The notes below the pieces were generated by a model. It was not told the DNA's origin, searched no databases, and was given only the letters and a program-made list of their open reading frames with translations. Shown piece by piece: positions 1-9,792 of a stretch of 64,000 nt of DNA (its first letter is position 1; every line of letters begins with the position of its first letter). Location: positions 384,001-448,000 of the forward strand of contig JAVJQW010000017.1 of assembly GCA_040218735.1 (NCBI GenBank), given 5' to 3'. The position numbers and the translations under genes were made by a program. Origin of the DNA: Deltaproteobacteria bacterium. GTDB lineage: Bacteria; Myxococcota; Kuafuiibacteriia; Kuafuiibacteriales; Kuafuiibacteriaceae.

Positions 1-694
1 TGAAGCTCTGCCACGCGTTCACGCGCGCCTGGTCGAAGAACATGTGCGTTGGCTGGTAGAACGCGCTGGGGATCGCGACCTCGGTGCGGAGCGCGATGCG
101 GTCCCCCGAGCTGCTCAGCGAGAACGCCGAACCCGACACCTGCACGTTCGACATGTCGAGCGAGTCGAGGATCGAGCTACCGCTCAGCCCCACGCACGCA
201 TTGATGTTCGGCGCGGGGACGTTCGGCGGTGCGCCCTGGAACGAGTCGACCTCGACGCACAGCTCGTCGTTGGCGAGCGTGACGTGCCCCTCGAGCGTCA
301 CCGGAACCGCGACCGTGGTGGAGCAGCCGGGGGTGTCCGCGCACTCCACGGTCTTGAGGTGGACCTGGAGCCCCTGCGTGAACAGGACCCGCTGCGAAGA
401 CAGCGTGAGCTCGTTGTTGATGACCTGCGCGTCCATCGCCGACCCGCGACTGAAGTTACCGGGGGTCGGGACGTCGTAGTGATCGACGTAGCACGTGTTC
501 GACGGGCTCCAACCGCACGGCACGGTGAACGGGCACTGACTCTGGTCCGAGTTGAGTCGCTTCTGCACGACGGTCGCGACGGAGCTCGAGCTGAATTGCA
601 GCTCGAGGAAGTGACTGGTCGACGCCAACGCCGTCGCGGGGGCGAGCGCGCCGAGGGCCAGCAGGCCCGCGGTGAGGTGAGTTCGAAGTTTCAT
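1..694 (-). CDS. Secreted Cys-containing hypothetical protein, 3' end truncated by the window edge (not in ORF track)
   Basis: Own translation from the ATG at 694: MKLRTHLTAGLLALGALAPATALASTSHFLELQF... Open to position 1, Sec-type signal peptide (ALA cleavage), GAGGAG RBS upstream. Confidence 0.8.
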   Translation of the reverse strand, partial: MKLRTHLTAGLLALGALAPATALASTSHFLELQFSSSSVATVVQKRLNSDQSQCPFTVPCGWSPSNTCYVDHYDVPTPGNFSRGSAMDAQVINNELTLSSQRVLFTQGLQVHLKTVECADTPGCSTTVAVPVTLEGHVTLANDELCVEVDSFQGAPPNVPAPNINACVGLSGSSILDSLDMSNVQVSGSAFSLSSSGDRIALRTEVAIPSAFYQPTHMFFDQARVNAWQSF

Positions 695-721
695 GATTTG
701 GTCTCCTCGTTTCGCCGATAC

Positions 722-1156
722 TCAGGGGAGCGTGACCTTGAAGGTCGCTGACTTGGACGAGCCGTTGTCACCCAGGTAGATGCCTTCGCGTTTGGTGCAC
801 AGCCCGTCCGGATCACTCGAGTCACACGAGCTGTTGAAGTCGATGACGACGGCGCGGACGAGGTGCTCGCCGTCGCCGATGTCCGCCGTGATGGCGTTCG
901 CCATCGCGTTGGATTCGTCGCACTTGCCGTTGCTGAGCTGGAACGTGCCGATCGACCCGTGCTCGCTCCAGGGCCCACCGCCGTTCGTCGCTTTGCGCGA
1001 GAAGACGTTGATGGCCTTGTCGGAACAGTTGACGACTTCGACGGTGTCGTAGCCCGTCGGCGTCGAGCCACCGCCGCCCCCGCCCGAGGACGTCGAAATG
1101 TTGCAGGCGAAACCCATCATCGCAGTCACGAGGACCGCGGCTTGGTACAGACGCAT
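722..1156 (-). CDS. Small Cys-containing lipoprotein
   Basis: Signal peptide with lipobox-like GFAC, Gly/Ser linker, GGGAGG RBS upstream; co-oriented with the 1-694 gene. Confidence 0.75.
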   Translation of the reverse strand: MRLYQAAVLVTAMMGFACNISTSSGGGGGGSTPTGYDTVEVVNCSDKAINVFSRKATNGGGPWSEHGSIGTFQLSNGKCDESNAMANAITADIGDGEHLVRAVVIDFNSSCDSSDPDGLCTKREGIYLGDNGSSKSATFKVTLP

Positions 1157-1180
1157 GTCTGCCTCCCTTTCGGATGTTGC

Positions 1181-1205
1181 CGACCGGCGCGACGTGCGCC
1201 GGTCG
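1181..1205. other. Perfect 10-bp inverted repeat upstream of the lipoprotein gene
   Basis: CGACCGGCGC-GACGT-GCGCCGGTCG, intergenic; no U-tract next to it. Confidence 0.4.
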
Positions 1206-1263
1206 TGGTTCGCCGTAGGACTAACGAGAAAGGGCGCGGACTTTTTTTACAACGTTCGCAACG

Positions 1264-2940
1264 TCAAACCGTCCGCAGTACGCGCTCCAGCGCGACACCC
1301 TCGAGCTCGGGCGCCGCACCGAAACGAATCCGCACCGTGCCGCCGTCTCGAACGACTCGCTTCAGCTCCGTGGTGAGCACGCGCAGCCGATCGTAGCGGA
1401 CCACGTCGAAGTCGCGCTGACGCACCGCCCGCGGGCGCGCGCTGAACGGCGGCTCCGGCAGGGGCCCCTCCCACGCCCCCCCAAGCGTGACCTCGGCCTT
1501 CGCGACCGAGAGTGCGTACGTCGATCCGCCGGGCTCGCAGTACGCGATCTCACAGTCCGACAGATGGCAGAGCCACCGCGCGCGAGAGACGAGCTGAGGC
1601 GCACGGGCGAGGGCCTCCTCGAAGTGCTCGACGACCCGGTCCACGTCCCAGACCAGCTCCTCCTCGTCGCGGCGCACGCGCGGCGTCACTTCGAGCTTCC
1701 GCGCGATCACCCGCGCCGCGCGCTCCAGCCGCGTCAGCGAGGTCCGCTCCGACAACCCGTATTGCGCACGAAACAAACCCCACGCCTCCCAGAAACACGC
1801 CGCGTCCGGCGCGCTCACCGGCATGATCCCGAGCGCACGCGACATCACCCACGCGGGCACGTTCGGCGTCGGCGTCGCGCGCAACAGCCTGAAGATCGTC
1901 TCCACCCCCGACAACGCCCACCGCGAAGGCAACGGACCGATCGGGTGCGCATCGTCCGGCACCTCCACGAACGACGCGAGGTCGCGCGAAGAAAACCCGA
2001 TCGCCCGGCCCTCCTCCACCAACGCGACGTTGTACGGCGGCGCGTGGGTCTTGATCGCGTCCGACTCCAGCAACGCCGCCTCCAACGCGGTGCGCGTCTC
2101 GACGAACGCGAGGTCCCGCGCCTGCGTCAGCATCTCCAACGTGCGCTCGGAGAGCTTCGATTTCTTCGAGAAGTGGCTGTTCACCCGCTTCTTCAGCGAC
2201 GTCGCCTTCCCGACGTAGAGCAGGTCACCGTTGCTGCGGAGGAAGCGATAGACGCCGGGCGCATCCGGCAACGCCAACCGCTTCTCGCGTGGCATCGGAT
2301 AACGGCGCCCCGGCCGCTTCGCGCGCGACTCGGCGAGCCACGTCGCGAGCTCCTCCCATGTGCACACGTCGTGCTCGCGCTCGAGGAGCTCGACGAGGTG
2401 CCGCCAGACAAAACACGTCGCCTCCACATGGTCGCGGCTCCGCCGCAGCTGCGCCGACGAGAACCCGAAGTACCCGGCGAGCGCCCGCAGGCTGCGCCGC
2501 GGGAGATCCGGGAGGAGCCGCTGCGCGATCGCGTGCGTGCAGACGATGTCGTAGCGAAACCAAGGCGCTTGGTCGTGACGGGAGTAGAGGTCCTCGAGGA
2601 ACTTCTCTTCGAACTGCTTGAAGTGAATGACCGTCGGCGTGAAGTCGAACGGGCTCTCGTGCCGCACCGCCGTCGCCGCACGATCCAACGCGCGCCACGC
2701 GGCCTCGACCGACACCCCCGCCTCCACGTCGCGCCGCCCGATCCCCGTGATGCGCGAGACCATCCGCGGCAACGACGCCCCCTCGGGGAGCGCGACGATG
2801 TGCCCCGCGACGTCGTAGTCCTCGACGTCACACGCGAACCGCGCCCACCCGAGCTCGATCAGGTGCCCGTGCTGCGGCGTGCTCCCGGTGCTCTGGCAGT
2901 CGACCACCAGCACCTGCGACGCCGTCAGCCGACTCGACAT
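1264..2940 (-). CDS. DEDDh-like exonuclease domain (degenerate) fused to a UvrC/Cho-type GIY-YIG endonuclease
   Basis: N-terminal VVDCQSTG..LIELG (DnaQ-like); PGVYRF...LLYVGKATSLKKRVNSHF...EAALLE...PPYN is the UvrC N-terminal GIY-YIG signature. Confidence 0.85.
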   Translation of the reverse strand: MSSRLTASQVLVVDCQSTGSTPQHGHLIELGWARFACDVEDYDVAGHIVALPEGASLPRMVSRITGIGRRDVEAGVSVEAAWRALDRAATAVRHESPFDFTPTVIHFKQFEEKFLEDLYSRHDQAPWFRYDIVCTHAIAQRLLPDLPRRSLRALAGYFGFSSAQLRRSRDHVEATCFVWRHLVELLEREHDVCTWEELATWLAESRAKRPGRRYPMPREKRLALPDAPGVYRFLRSNGDLLYVGKATSLKKRVNSHFSKKSKLSERTLEMLTQARDLAFVETRTALEAALLESDAIKTHAPPYNVALVEEGRAIGFSSRDLASFVEVPDDAHPIGPLPSRWALSGVETIFRLLRATPTPNVPAWVMSRALGIMPVSAPDAACFWEAWGLFRAQYGLSERTSLTRLERAARVIARKLEVTPRVRRDEEELVWDVDRVVEHFEEALARAPQLVSRARWLCHLSDCEIAYCEPGGSTYALSVAKAEVTLGGAWEGPLPEPPFSARPRAVRQRDFDVVRYDRLRVLTTELKRVVRDGGTVRIRFGAAPELEGVALERVLRTV

Positions 2941-2977
2941 GCGCTACAGGAAAACGAACTCGATCCGCGAGGGCAAG

Positions 2978-3748
2978 TCACACCCAGTACAGGCGCTCCG
3001 GGACCCCTAGACGCGCGAGCGGCACGCGAAGATCGTCCGGCATCGGCGCCACGATCTCCAACGCAGCGCCGGTCCGCGGGTGCACGAACCGAAGCGACCG
3101 CGCGTGCAGCGCGAGCCGATGCAGCCCGTAGTGCTCGCGAAAGAACCGGTTGTGATCGCCTTTGCCGTAGCGCACGTCGCCGATCAGCGGGTGGCCAAGG
3201 TGTTTCATGTGCCGCCGCACCTGATGCCGTCGCCCGGAGTGCGGCCGCACACGAACGAACGCGTACCGGCCGTGCACCCACAGGCGCTCCCAGCTGCTCG
3301 ACGCCGGCACCCGCGGACCGTCCTCACTCCGAGGGATCGCGTGATCGATCGTCCCGTTCGGCGGCGGCGCACCGCGCACCAGCGCGAGGTACGTCTTCTC
3401 GGCCCGCCCCTCCGCGAGCGCTCCATTCAGTAGACCGGCTGTCTCGCCGTCGAAGCCGAACAGGAGCACTCCGCTCGTCGCCCGGTCGAGGCGGTGCGCC
3501 GGATACACCCACCGGCCCAGCCGATCCCGGACCTCCGGGAGCAGCGCGGGCCCCGAGTCCGGGACCCTCCGAGGCGGCCAACGGCCACGCCGTTGGCCGT
3601 CCGAAGGAACGTGCCCTCGGCCCGAGCGAAGCGAGGTCCGAAAATGGGGTGAGCCCGGGTGGACGGAACAACCGCTCGGCTTGCCGACCGCCACGAGGTG
3701 GTCGTCGGCGTACAACACGTCGAATGGCGGGCACTTGGGGGCGGTCAC
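2978..3748 (-). CDS. RluA/TruC-family pseudouridine synthase with an internal insertion
   Basis: KPSG, HRLDRATSGV (catalytic Asp), KTYLALV, GRRHQVRRH, HPLIGDVRYG, LALHA motifs. Confidence 0.92.
   Translation of the reverse strand: MTAPKCPPFDVLYADDHLVAVGKPSGCSVHPGSPHFRTSLRSGRGHVPSDGQRRGRWPPRRVPDSGPALLPEVRDRLGRWVYPAHRLDRATSGVLLFGFDGETAGLLNGALAEGRAEKTYLALVRGAPPPNGTIDHAIPRSEDGPRVPASSSWERLWVHGRYAFVRVRPHSGRRHQVRRHMKHLGHPLIGDVRYGKGDHNRFFREHYGLHRLALHARSLRFVHPRTGAALEIVAPMPDDLRVPLARLGVPERLYWV
3560..3659. repeat. Palindromic REP/MITE-like insert, in frame inside the pseudouridine synthase
   Basis: Perfect 10-bp IR CGGCCAACGG/CCGTTGGCCG (3575-3599); second stem CCTCG..CGAGG around GAGCGAAGCGAG (3615-3636); matches about 25-32 extra codons. 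Confidence 0.45.
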
Positions 3749-3810
3749 GGTTTTTTTCGAACGCCTGTTACGGAAAGGATCCGAGTCGCCGAACCGCTCG
3801 GTCGGCTAGG

Positions 3811-4818
3811 ATGAACCCGTTGAAAGCGCTGTCCTTCGCCGACCTCGTCGAATCGCCCACCGCGTTCCGCAGGAAAGCCGGCTCCGTCATGGTGGAGGCC
3901 TTCTTTCGCGGGCTGTCGGGCGCGGGGCGGCTGCACCCACGTTCGCGTCCCGAAGCGCACGGCCTCGAGCTGCTCACCGACATCCCGTACCTGCCCACCG
4001 GCGAGAAACATCACCTCCTCGACGTGTACCGCCCGAAGCAGCGCTCGGGGAAGCTCCCCGTTTGCCTCTACGTCCACGGCGGCGGGTTCCGCATCCTCTC
4101 GAAGGAGACCCACTGGCTGATGGGCCTGATGTTCGCGCGCCGCGACATGGTGGTCTTCAGTATCAACTACCGCCTCGCGCCGAAGCATCCGTTCCCGGCG
4201 GCGCACGAGGACGCCTTCGCCGCGTTGCGGTGGGTGCTCGACAACGCCGAACAGTACGGCGGTGACACGAGTCGGCTCGTGCTCGCGGGTGAGTCGGCGG
4301 GTGGGAACATCGTGTCGTCGATGGCGATCGCGCTCAGCGCGGAGCGGCCCGAGCCGTGGGCGCAGTCGCTCTACGCGACGGGTGCGCGTCCGCTCGCGGT
4401 GCTGCCCGCGTGTGGGATCTTCGAAGTTTCGAATCCGGAGCGGTTCGCGGATCTGCGGATGCCGAAGCTGGTGCGGGATCGTCTGACCGAGGTTTCGCGC
4501 GGTTACCTGCCCGACGACATCCCCGCGGAGCGTCGCACCCTCGCGGACCCGCTGACCTGGTACGAGAGCGACGCCGCCACGACCCGCGACCTGCCTCCGT
4601 TCTTCCTCCCGGTGGGGACCGGCGACTTCCTCTACAAGGACACCGAGCGCATGACCAAGGCGCTCGAAAGGCGAGGTATTCCGGTAGAGGCCAAGTACTA
4701 CGACAAGGAGATTCACGCCTTCCACGCCCTGTACTGGCGGAAGGCGGCCAAGGCCTGTTGGCGTGACCACTACGCGTTCTTGGATCGCTACGTCCCGCGT
4801 GATAGCTCGGCAGCGTGA
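3811..4818 (+). CDS. Alpha/beta hydrolase, HSL-like esterase/lipase
   Basis: HGGGF oxyanion motif, YRLAP, GESAGG nucleophile elbow, Asp in GTGD and His in HAF; ATG at 3811 (upstream extension of the track ORF is a shadow). Confidence 0.92.
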   Translation: MNPLKALSFADLVESPTAFRRKAGSVMVEAFFRGLSGAGRLHPRSRPEAHGLELLTDIPYLPTGEKHHLLDVYRPKQRSGKLPVCLYVHGGGFRILSKETHWLMGLMFARRDMVVFSINYRLAPKHPFPAAHEDAFAALRWVLDNAEQYGGDTSRLVLAGESAGGNIVSSMAIALSAERPEPWAQSLYATGARPLAVLPACGIFEVSNPERFADLRMPKLVRDRLTEVSRGYLPDDIPAERRTLADPLTWYESDAATTRDLPPFFLPVGTGDFLYKDTERMTKALERRGIPVEAKYYDKEIHAFHALYWRKAAKACWRDHYAFLDRYVPRDSSAA

Positions 4819-5636
4819 CGGGACTTCAGGGCAAAACCATGTTCATAACCGGCGCGAGCCGGGGCATCGGACTCGCGATCGCGCTGCGCGCGGCGCGGGA
4901 CGGCGCCAACGTCGCGGTCGCCGCCAAGACGGTCGAACCGCACCCCAAACTTCCGGGGACGATCTTCACGGCGGCCGAAGCGATCGAGAAGGCGGGCGGA
5001 AAAGCGCTCCCGATCGTCGTCGACGTCCGTAACGAGGAGATGGTGGAGGAGGCCGTCGCGAAGACGGTCGAGACGTTCGGCGGGCTCGACATCCTGGTGA
5101 ACAACGCCAGCGCGATCATGTTGACCGGCACCGAGTACACGCCGATGAAGCGCTACGACCTGATGAACCAGGTCAACGCGCGCGGCACGTTCCTGTGCTC
5201 GCAGAAGTGCATCCCGCACCTGAAGAAGGCCGACAACCCGCACATCATCAACAACGCGCCGCCGCTCAACATGAAGGCGAAGTGGTTCAAGAACCACGTG
5301 GCCTACACGATGGCGAAGTACGGCATGAGCATGTGCACGCTCGGGATGGCGGCGGAGCTCGAGGACGACGGCATCGCGGTGAACTCGCTGTGGCCGGCGA
5401 CGGCGATCGCGACGTCCGCGGTCGAGATGCTCGGCGGCGATGCGATGATGAAGACGAGCCGCAAGCCGGAGATCATGGCGGACGCTGCGTACGCCATCCT
5501 CACCAAGAACAGCCGGGAGTGCACCGGCAACTTCTTCATCGACGAGGAGCTGTTGAAGAGCGAGGGCGTGACGGACCTCGACGCGTACGCGTACGCGCCC
5601 GGCACACCGCTGGCGCCCGACTTCTTCCTCGACTGA
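4815..5636 (+). CDS. Short-chain dehydrogenase/reductase, HSDL2-like
   Basis: TGASRGIG, NNASAI, YTMAK catalytic motif, PHPKLPGTI; GTGA overlap with the upstream gene. Confidence 0.93.
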   Translation: MTGLQGKTMFITGASRGIGLAIALRAARDGANVAVAAKTVEPHPKLPGTIFTAAEAIEKAGGKALPIVVDVRNEEMVEEAVAKTVETFGGLDILVNNASAIMLTGTEYTPMKRYDLMNQVNARGTFLCSQKCIPHLKKADNPHIINNAPPLNMKAKWFKNHVAYTMAKYGMSMCTLGMAAELEDDGIAVNSLWPATAIATSAVEMLGGDAMMKTSRKPEIMADAAYAILTKNSRECTGNFFIDEELLKSEGVTDLDAYAYAPGTPLAPDFFLD

Positions 5637-5646
5637 GGTACGAACC

Positions 5647-7251
5647 ATGCGCGTCGCCGTTTTCACGTTCCTCGCCTCGGTCCTGGCGTGCACGGCGGCG
5701 TGCCGTGACAACGAGCGGGTGCCGATCAACCGCCGCGACGCCGGCCCGGTCACACCCGACCGCGACGGCGGCGACGTCCAGACGCCCCGGGACGGCGGCC
5801 GCGACGGCGGTCAACGCCCCGCGTCCGCGCAGATCCAGATGGTGCTCGACGCGCCGACCGGCACGCTCGCGTCGCCGCAGCTCGTGGAAGGGGCAATCGT
5901 CACGGACGTCCGCCCGGCGCTCGGCGACGACCCGGAGGGCTTCTTCTGCCAAGCCGACGTCGCGGGGCCTGCGCTGTTCGTTTCGATCGCGAACCTCGTG
6001 CCCGCGGTCGGCGACATCATCACGTTCGAGGTGACTGAGACCGCGATGATCGGCGAGCAGCACGCGGTGACGGCGATCGGGACGTACCGCGTCGACAGCA
6101 GCGGCTACAACGTGACGCTCCTCCTCCAGGACATCAGCGGCGCGACCGACGTCGCCGACAACCCGAGCGCGTACGACGGCGAGCTGGTCTCGTTCTTCGG
6201 CACCGCGGGGCCGATGTTCACTCCACTGAATGGATCGCAGCAGCGCATCAGCGTCGGCACCACGGGTGTCCCGAACGACGCGCGCTTCTCGCTTCGCGTC
6301 GCAGACGCGGTCATCGACGCGGAGGGCCTCGCGCCCGGGTGCAGCGTGACGATCGGACCGGCGCCGTTGCTCGCGCGCTCCGGCGGTCCGGAGATCTTCC
6401 TGTGGTCGGGCGCGGACATCGTGGTGACGGACTGCGACGGACCGTTCCGGGTCGGCGCGGCGCGTTCGTCCGGGCCGGCGTCGGTGGTGATCGACTTCAA
6501 TCGCCCCGTGCTCGCGTCGAGTGTGATGGCGTCGGCGTTTACGTTCTCGCCGGCTCTCAATGTCACGGCGGCGGCCGCGAGCGAGCGCCGCGTCACGCTC
6601 ACCACGGACGCGCTCACCAACGACACGACCTACACGGTGACCGTCGACGGCACCGTGATGGACATCGACAACCAGTCGCTCGAAGCCGGGAGCAACATGG
6701 CCACGTTCACGACGGGCGGCGCGCCGGGGGGTGGCCTGGTGATCAACGAGGTCGACTACGACCAGCCGGGCAGCGACACGACGGAGTTCGTGGAGCTGTA
6801 CAACGGCACGGCCTCGGCGGTGTCCCTCGCGAACCTCGCGTTGGTCTTCGTGAACGGCAACACCGACGCCGAGTACCTGCGCGTGGATCTCTCGCAGGCA
6901 GGCTCCCTCGAAGCCGGCGGTTACCTCGTCCTCGGCAACGCGACGATCGCCTCGGCGAGCTTCGTGCTCGAAGACTCCACCGTACAGAACGGCGCCCCCG
7001 ACGGCATCGCGCTGGTGAACACCCAGACGCAGGAGATCATCGACGCCGTCAGCTACGAGGGCCGCATCGAGAGCGCCGCCCTCGACGGCTTCGGCCGCTC
7101 GGTCGACCTGACCAGCGGCACCACGCTCAGCGCCCGCGACAACGGCGACGGCAGCATCGCGCGCCTCCCGAACGGCGCCGACTCGGGCGACGACGACGTG
7201 GACTGGGGCGAGACGGCGACGCCCACCCCCGGCGGCCCGAACGTGCCGTAG
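5647..7251 (+). CDS. Lipoprotein with Ig-like (Big_5-type) and C-terminal lamin-tail domain
   Basis: Signal peptide with Cys (LAC/AAC); VINEVDYDQPGSDTTEFVELYN and QNGAPDGIAL lamin-tail motifs; ends PTPG. Confidence 0.8.
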   Translation: MRVAVFTFLASVLACTAACRDNERVPINRRDAGPVTPDRDGGDVQTPRDGGRDGGQRPASAQIQMVLDAPTGTLASPQLVEGAIVTDVRPALGDDPEGFFCQADVAGPALFVSIANLVPAVGDIITFEVTETAMIGEQHAVTAIGTYRVDSSGYNVTLLLQDISGATDVADNPSAYDGELVSFFGTAGPMFTPLNGSQQRISVGTTGVPNDARFSLRVADAVIDAEGLAPGCSVTIGPAPLLARSGGPEIFLWSGADIVVTDCDGPFRVGAARSSGPASVVIDFNRPVLASSVMASAFTFSPALNVTAAAASERRVTLTTDALTNDTTYTVTVDGTVMDIDNQSLEAGSNMATFTTGGAPGGGLVINEVDYDQPGSDTTEFVELYNGTASAVSLANLALVFVNGNTDAEYLRVDLSQAGSLEAGGYLVLGNATIASASFVLEDSTVQNGAPDGIALVNTQTQEIIDAVSYEGRIESAALDGFGRSVDLTSGTTLSARDNGDGSIARLPNGADSGDDDVDWGETATPTPGGPNVP

Positions 7252-7289
7252 GACAGCTCGCGGCTGTCATCGTCTTTCCGCGGGCGGAG

Positions 7290-9551
7290 CTACTGCCGCC
7301 AGCTCCCGACGCGGTAACCCACCGTCAGCCCGAAGCCGGCGAGCTCTTCGTCGACGTCCGGCGTGCTCCCCAGGCCGTAGAACCCGCCTTCGACGCGCAG
7401 CTCGCCGTGCGCGCCGACCGCGTACCCGAGGCCGCCGAACGCTGCGAACGCCGGGGCGGTGTCGGACGGTGACGCGAAGCGGACACCTCCGCCGACGCCC
7501 GCGAACAAGCGCGCGGCGCCGAACACGTAGCTGAGCGCCGCGCGGCCGAGGATCGGGAAGGCGTGCACGTCTTCGCTACGCGAGGTCCACCCGGCGGAGG
7601 CCAACAGATCAAGGTCACCCGACTCCGCGAGGCGCCACCGGGCGCCGGCTTCGAGCCACACCAGCGGCGACGGCGCATCGGCGTGGCCGAGCGTCGCGCC
7701 GCCCGACGCGCCGATGAACAGGCCATCGCGTCGGGGGGGCGGCGGCGCGACCGCGACCACCCGCGGCGGCGGGATCGGGACCTCCATGCCGACCGGCCCG
7801 CGCGGCTCGACGATGCGGAGGATCGTCTCGCTGCGACGCGACGTCGGGAGCGAAACCTCCGCGCGATACACACCGCGCCCCTCCTCCACCAACGCGAGCG
7901 CCCCCTCGGGCGCGCCGCAGACACACGCCGCGAGCGTCGACGTCGCGCCCATCGGGACCCGCAGCGACGCCGTCGGCGCGGCGACCGGCGCCGCGACGAA
8001 GCGCAGGCCCTCCACCGGCGTCCCCGCGGAGGACACTTCGAGGCGAACGACGTGTCGCTCGACCTTACCGACTGGCTGCGCCTCGGCCTGCAAGCTGACC
8101 TGCATCGGCGCGACGTCGAACGTGTACTTTCCCGTCGCGACGTCGCCAGCCGTCGCGGTGATCGTGTAGTGGAGCACGTGCCGTCCCGGACGGATCAGCA
8201 CACGCTCGACCGCCACCGACGAAGTCTCGGCGCCGACCTTCAGCGCAGCGCCCTTCGGCGCCACGAGGCGCACCCGCCGCGGACCCGACTTCGCACCGTC
8301 TCCGCTCAACGCATCCGCCCGAGGTCGCTCGAGGACGACGACTCGACGCGCCACGGACGGAGCGCCACGAACCCCGCGATCGTCGATCCCGGCGAGCCGC
8401 ACGTAATAGATACCGCTCCGCTGGAACTTGGTCTTCTTCCGGTCGCCGGTCACTTCGTCGAGCTGCACCGGTCGCGCGGCGTCCGGATCCCCTTGCAAGC
8501 CAACTTGCACCTCGGCCCCGGTCACACCCGACGCGTTGGTCCACGCCAGCTCGACCTCGTCACCCGCGAAGACCTCCAAGGGCGTCACCGCCGACCACTC
8601 GGGCGGGAGCGGCAACGGCCTCGGTGGCTCGGGCGGGCGCCCCTCCTCCACGCGTGTGCCGTAGCCCTCCTTCACGAGGACCGTGCGGCCGCTGTTCGTC
8701 ACGCTGGAGCGCCCCGCGAACACGGACACCGTGCTCGCCCGCTTCTTCTTCTTGCGCCGACGCACGTCGATGCGCGCCTTCTTGGACTGCACGGCGTAGC
8801 GTCCGGCGCCCGTCTCGACCCCGAGCGTTCGACCCTCACGCTCCGCGAGCGAGGCGAAGATCGACCCTCGCTTCACCTCGACGTCCTTCACGCTGCGCCG
8901 CGACCGTTGGGTCTTGGTCGGCGAGCCGAAGATCACCACGAGCGCCTCGGGCCCGAGCGCGATGTGGTCCCTTCGCTCGAAGCGAATCTCACTCGACGAC
9001 TGTTTCAACGTCCGCACCTGCGCCAGCCGCCTCAGCGGCATGTCGACGCGTGCGTCGCGCCACACGGGCGCGGCCGCCTCCTTGGACAACACCTTGCGCT
9101 CGACCTTCGAGACACGCGCCACCGCGCCCTGCGGCGTCACCCACACCTCGACGCGCCGGTTCGTACGCCGCGCCTCGTCCGTGCTTCCGGACACCAGCGG
9201 GTCGGCGCTCCCCAGTCCCTCCGTCAGCAGCCGCGTGCGACGAATCCCCAACCGCACGAGGTGCTCCCGCACCGAGTCGGCGCGCCGCTTCGACAGGACG
9301 ACGTTGGTCGCTTCCGCGCCTCGGTCGTCGGCGTGCCCGACGAGCAGCACCGGATCGAGCTCGGGCCGCTGCCGCAGCAGCGCGGACAACCGCTGGAGTG
9401 TGTCGACCGACTCCGGCGTGAGCTCGGCCGAGCCCGACAAGAAACGCACCGTCCCGTCGGGGAGCGCGCGACGCCCCGCGAGCTGCGGCGCGGCGAACGC
9501 GGTCCCACCGACCGCGGCGACCAGCGCTACGCTCGCGATCCACCGCGTCAC
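7290..9551 (-). CDS. OmpA-domain / FecR-like / probable C-terminal beta-barrel envelope protein (start revised to GTG 9551)
   Basis: Signal peptide TRWIASVALVAAVGGTAFA; OmpA motifs GHADDRG..N..LSKRRA..NRRVE; FecR-like beta region ending VSVFAG..V; amphipathic strands at the C-terminus. Confidence 0.75.
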   Translation of the reverse strand: MTRWIASVALVAAVGGTAFAAPQLAGRRALPDGTVRFLSGSAELTPESVDTLQRLSALLRQRPELDPVLLVGHADDRGAEATNVVLSKRRADSVREHLVRLGIRRTRLLTEGLGSADPLVSGSTDEARRTNRRVEVWVTPQGAVARVSKVERKVLSKEAAAPVWRDARVDMPLRRLAQVRTLKQSSSEIRFERRDHIALGPEALVVIFGSPTKTQRSRRSVKDVEVKRGSIFASLAEREGRTLGVETGAGRYAVQSKKARIDVRRRKKKKRASTVSVFAGRSSVTNSGRTVLVKEGYGTRVEEGRPPEPPRPLPLPPEWSAVTPLEVFAGDEVELAWTNASGVTGAEVQVGLQGDPDAARPVQLDEVTGDRKKTKFQRSGIYYVRLAGIDDRGVRGAPSVARRVVVLERPRADALSGDGAKSGPRRVRLVAPKGAALKVGAETSSVAVERVLIRPGRHVLHYTITATAGDVATGKYTFDVAPMQVSLQAEAQPVGKVERHVVRLEVSSAGTPVEGLRFVAAPVAAPTASLRVPMGATSTLAACVCGAPEGALALVEEGRGVYRAEVSLPTSRRSETILRIVEPRGPVGMEVPIPPPRVVAVAPPPPRRDGLFIGASGGATLGHADAPSPLVWLEAGARWRLAESGDLDLLASAGWTSRSEDVHAFPILGRAALSYVFGAARLFAGVGGGVRFASPSDTAPAFAAFGGLGYAVGAHGELRVEGGFYGLGSTPDVDEELAGFGLTVGYRVGSWRQ

Positions 9552-9792
9552 GGCCCCCAAAAGAGCAGGATCCGAGGATCGGGACAACGCGGCCGGCCCA
9601 ATCGGTGCGCAACCCGGTATCGAAGGGCACGCCGCCTTCATAAAAGGCGCGGCGGATCCCAACTCAGTCCCCGTCGATGCCCCCGTGACGTCCTTCGACC
9701 GCATACCGCTCTCGTGGCCGCGATCACGGGTTTCGCGGCCTCCTGGCCCCGCGTTGTCTCCTATCCGTGAACGTGCAATCTCGGGGGCCACG

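Noticed and set aside
1157-1263. Riboswitch or intrinsic terminator
   Set aside because: Only one hairpin; no aptamer consensus recognised and no adjacent U-tract.
1564-3810. N-terminal ~750 aa of the 1084-aa track ORF
   Set aside because: Arg-rich antisense shadow of two real minus-strand genes; only 3811-4818 is the hydrolase.
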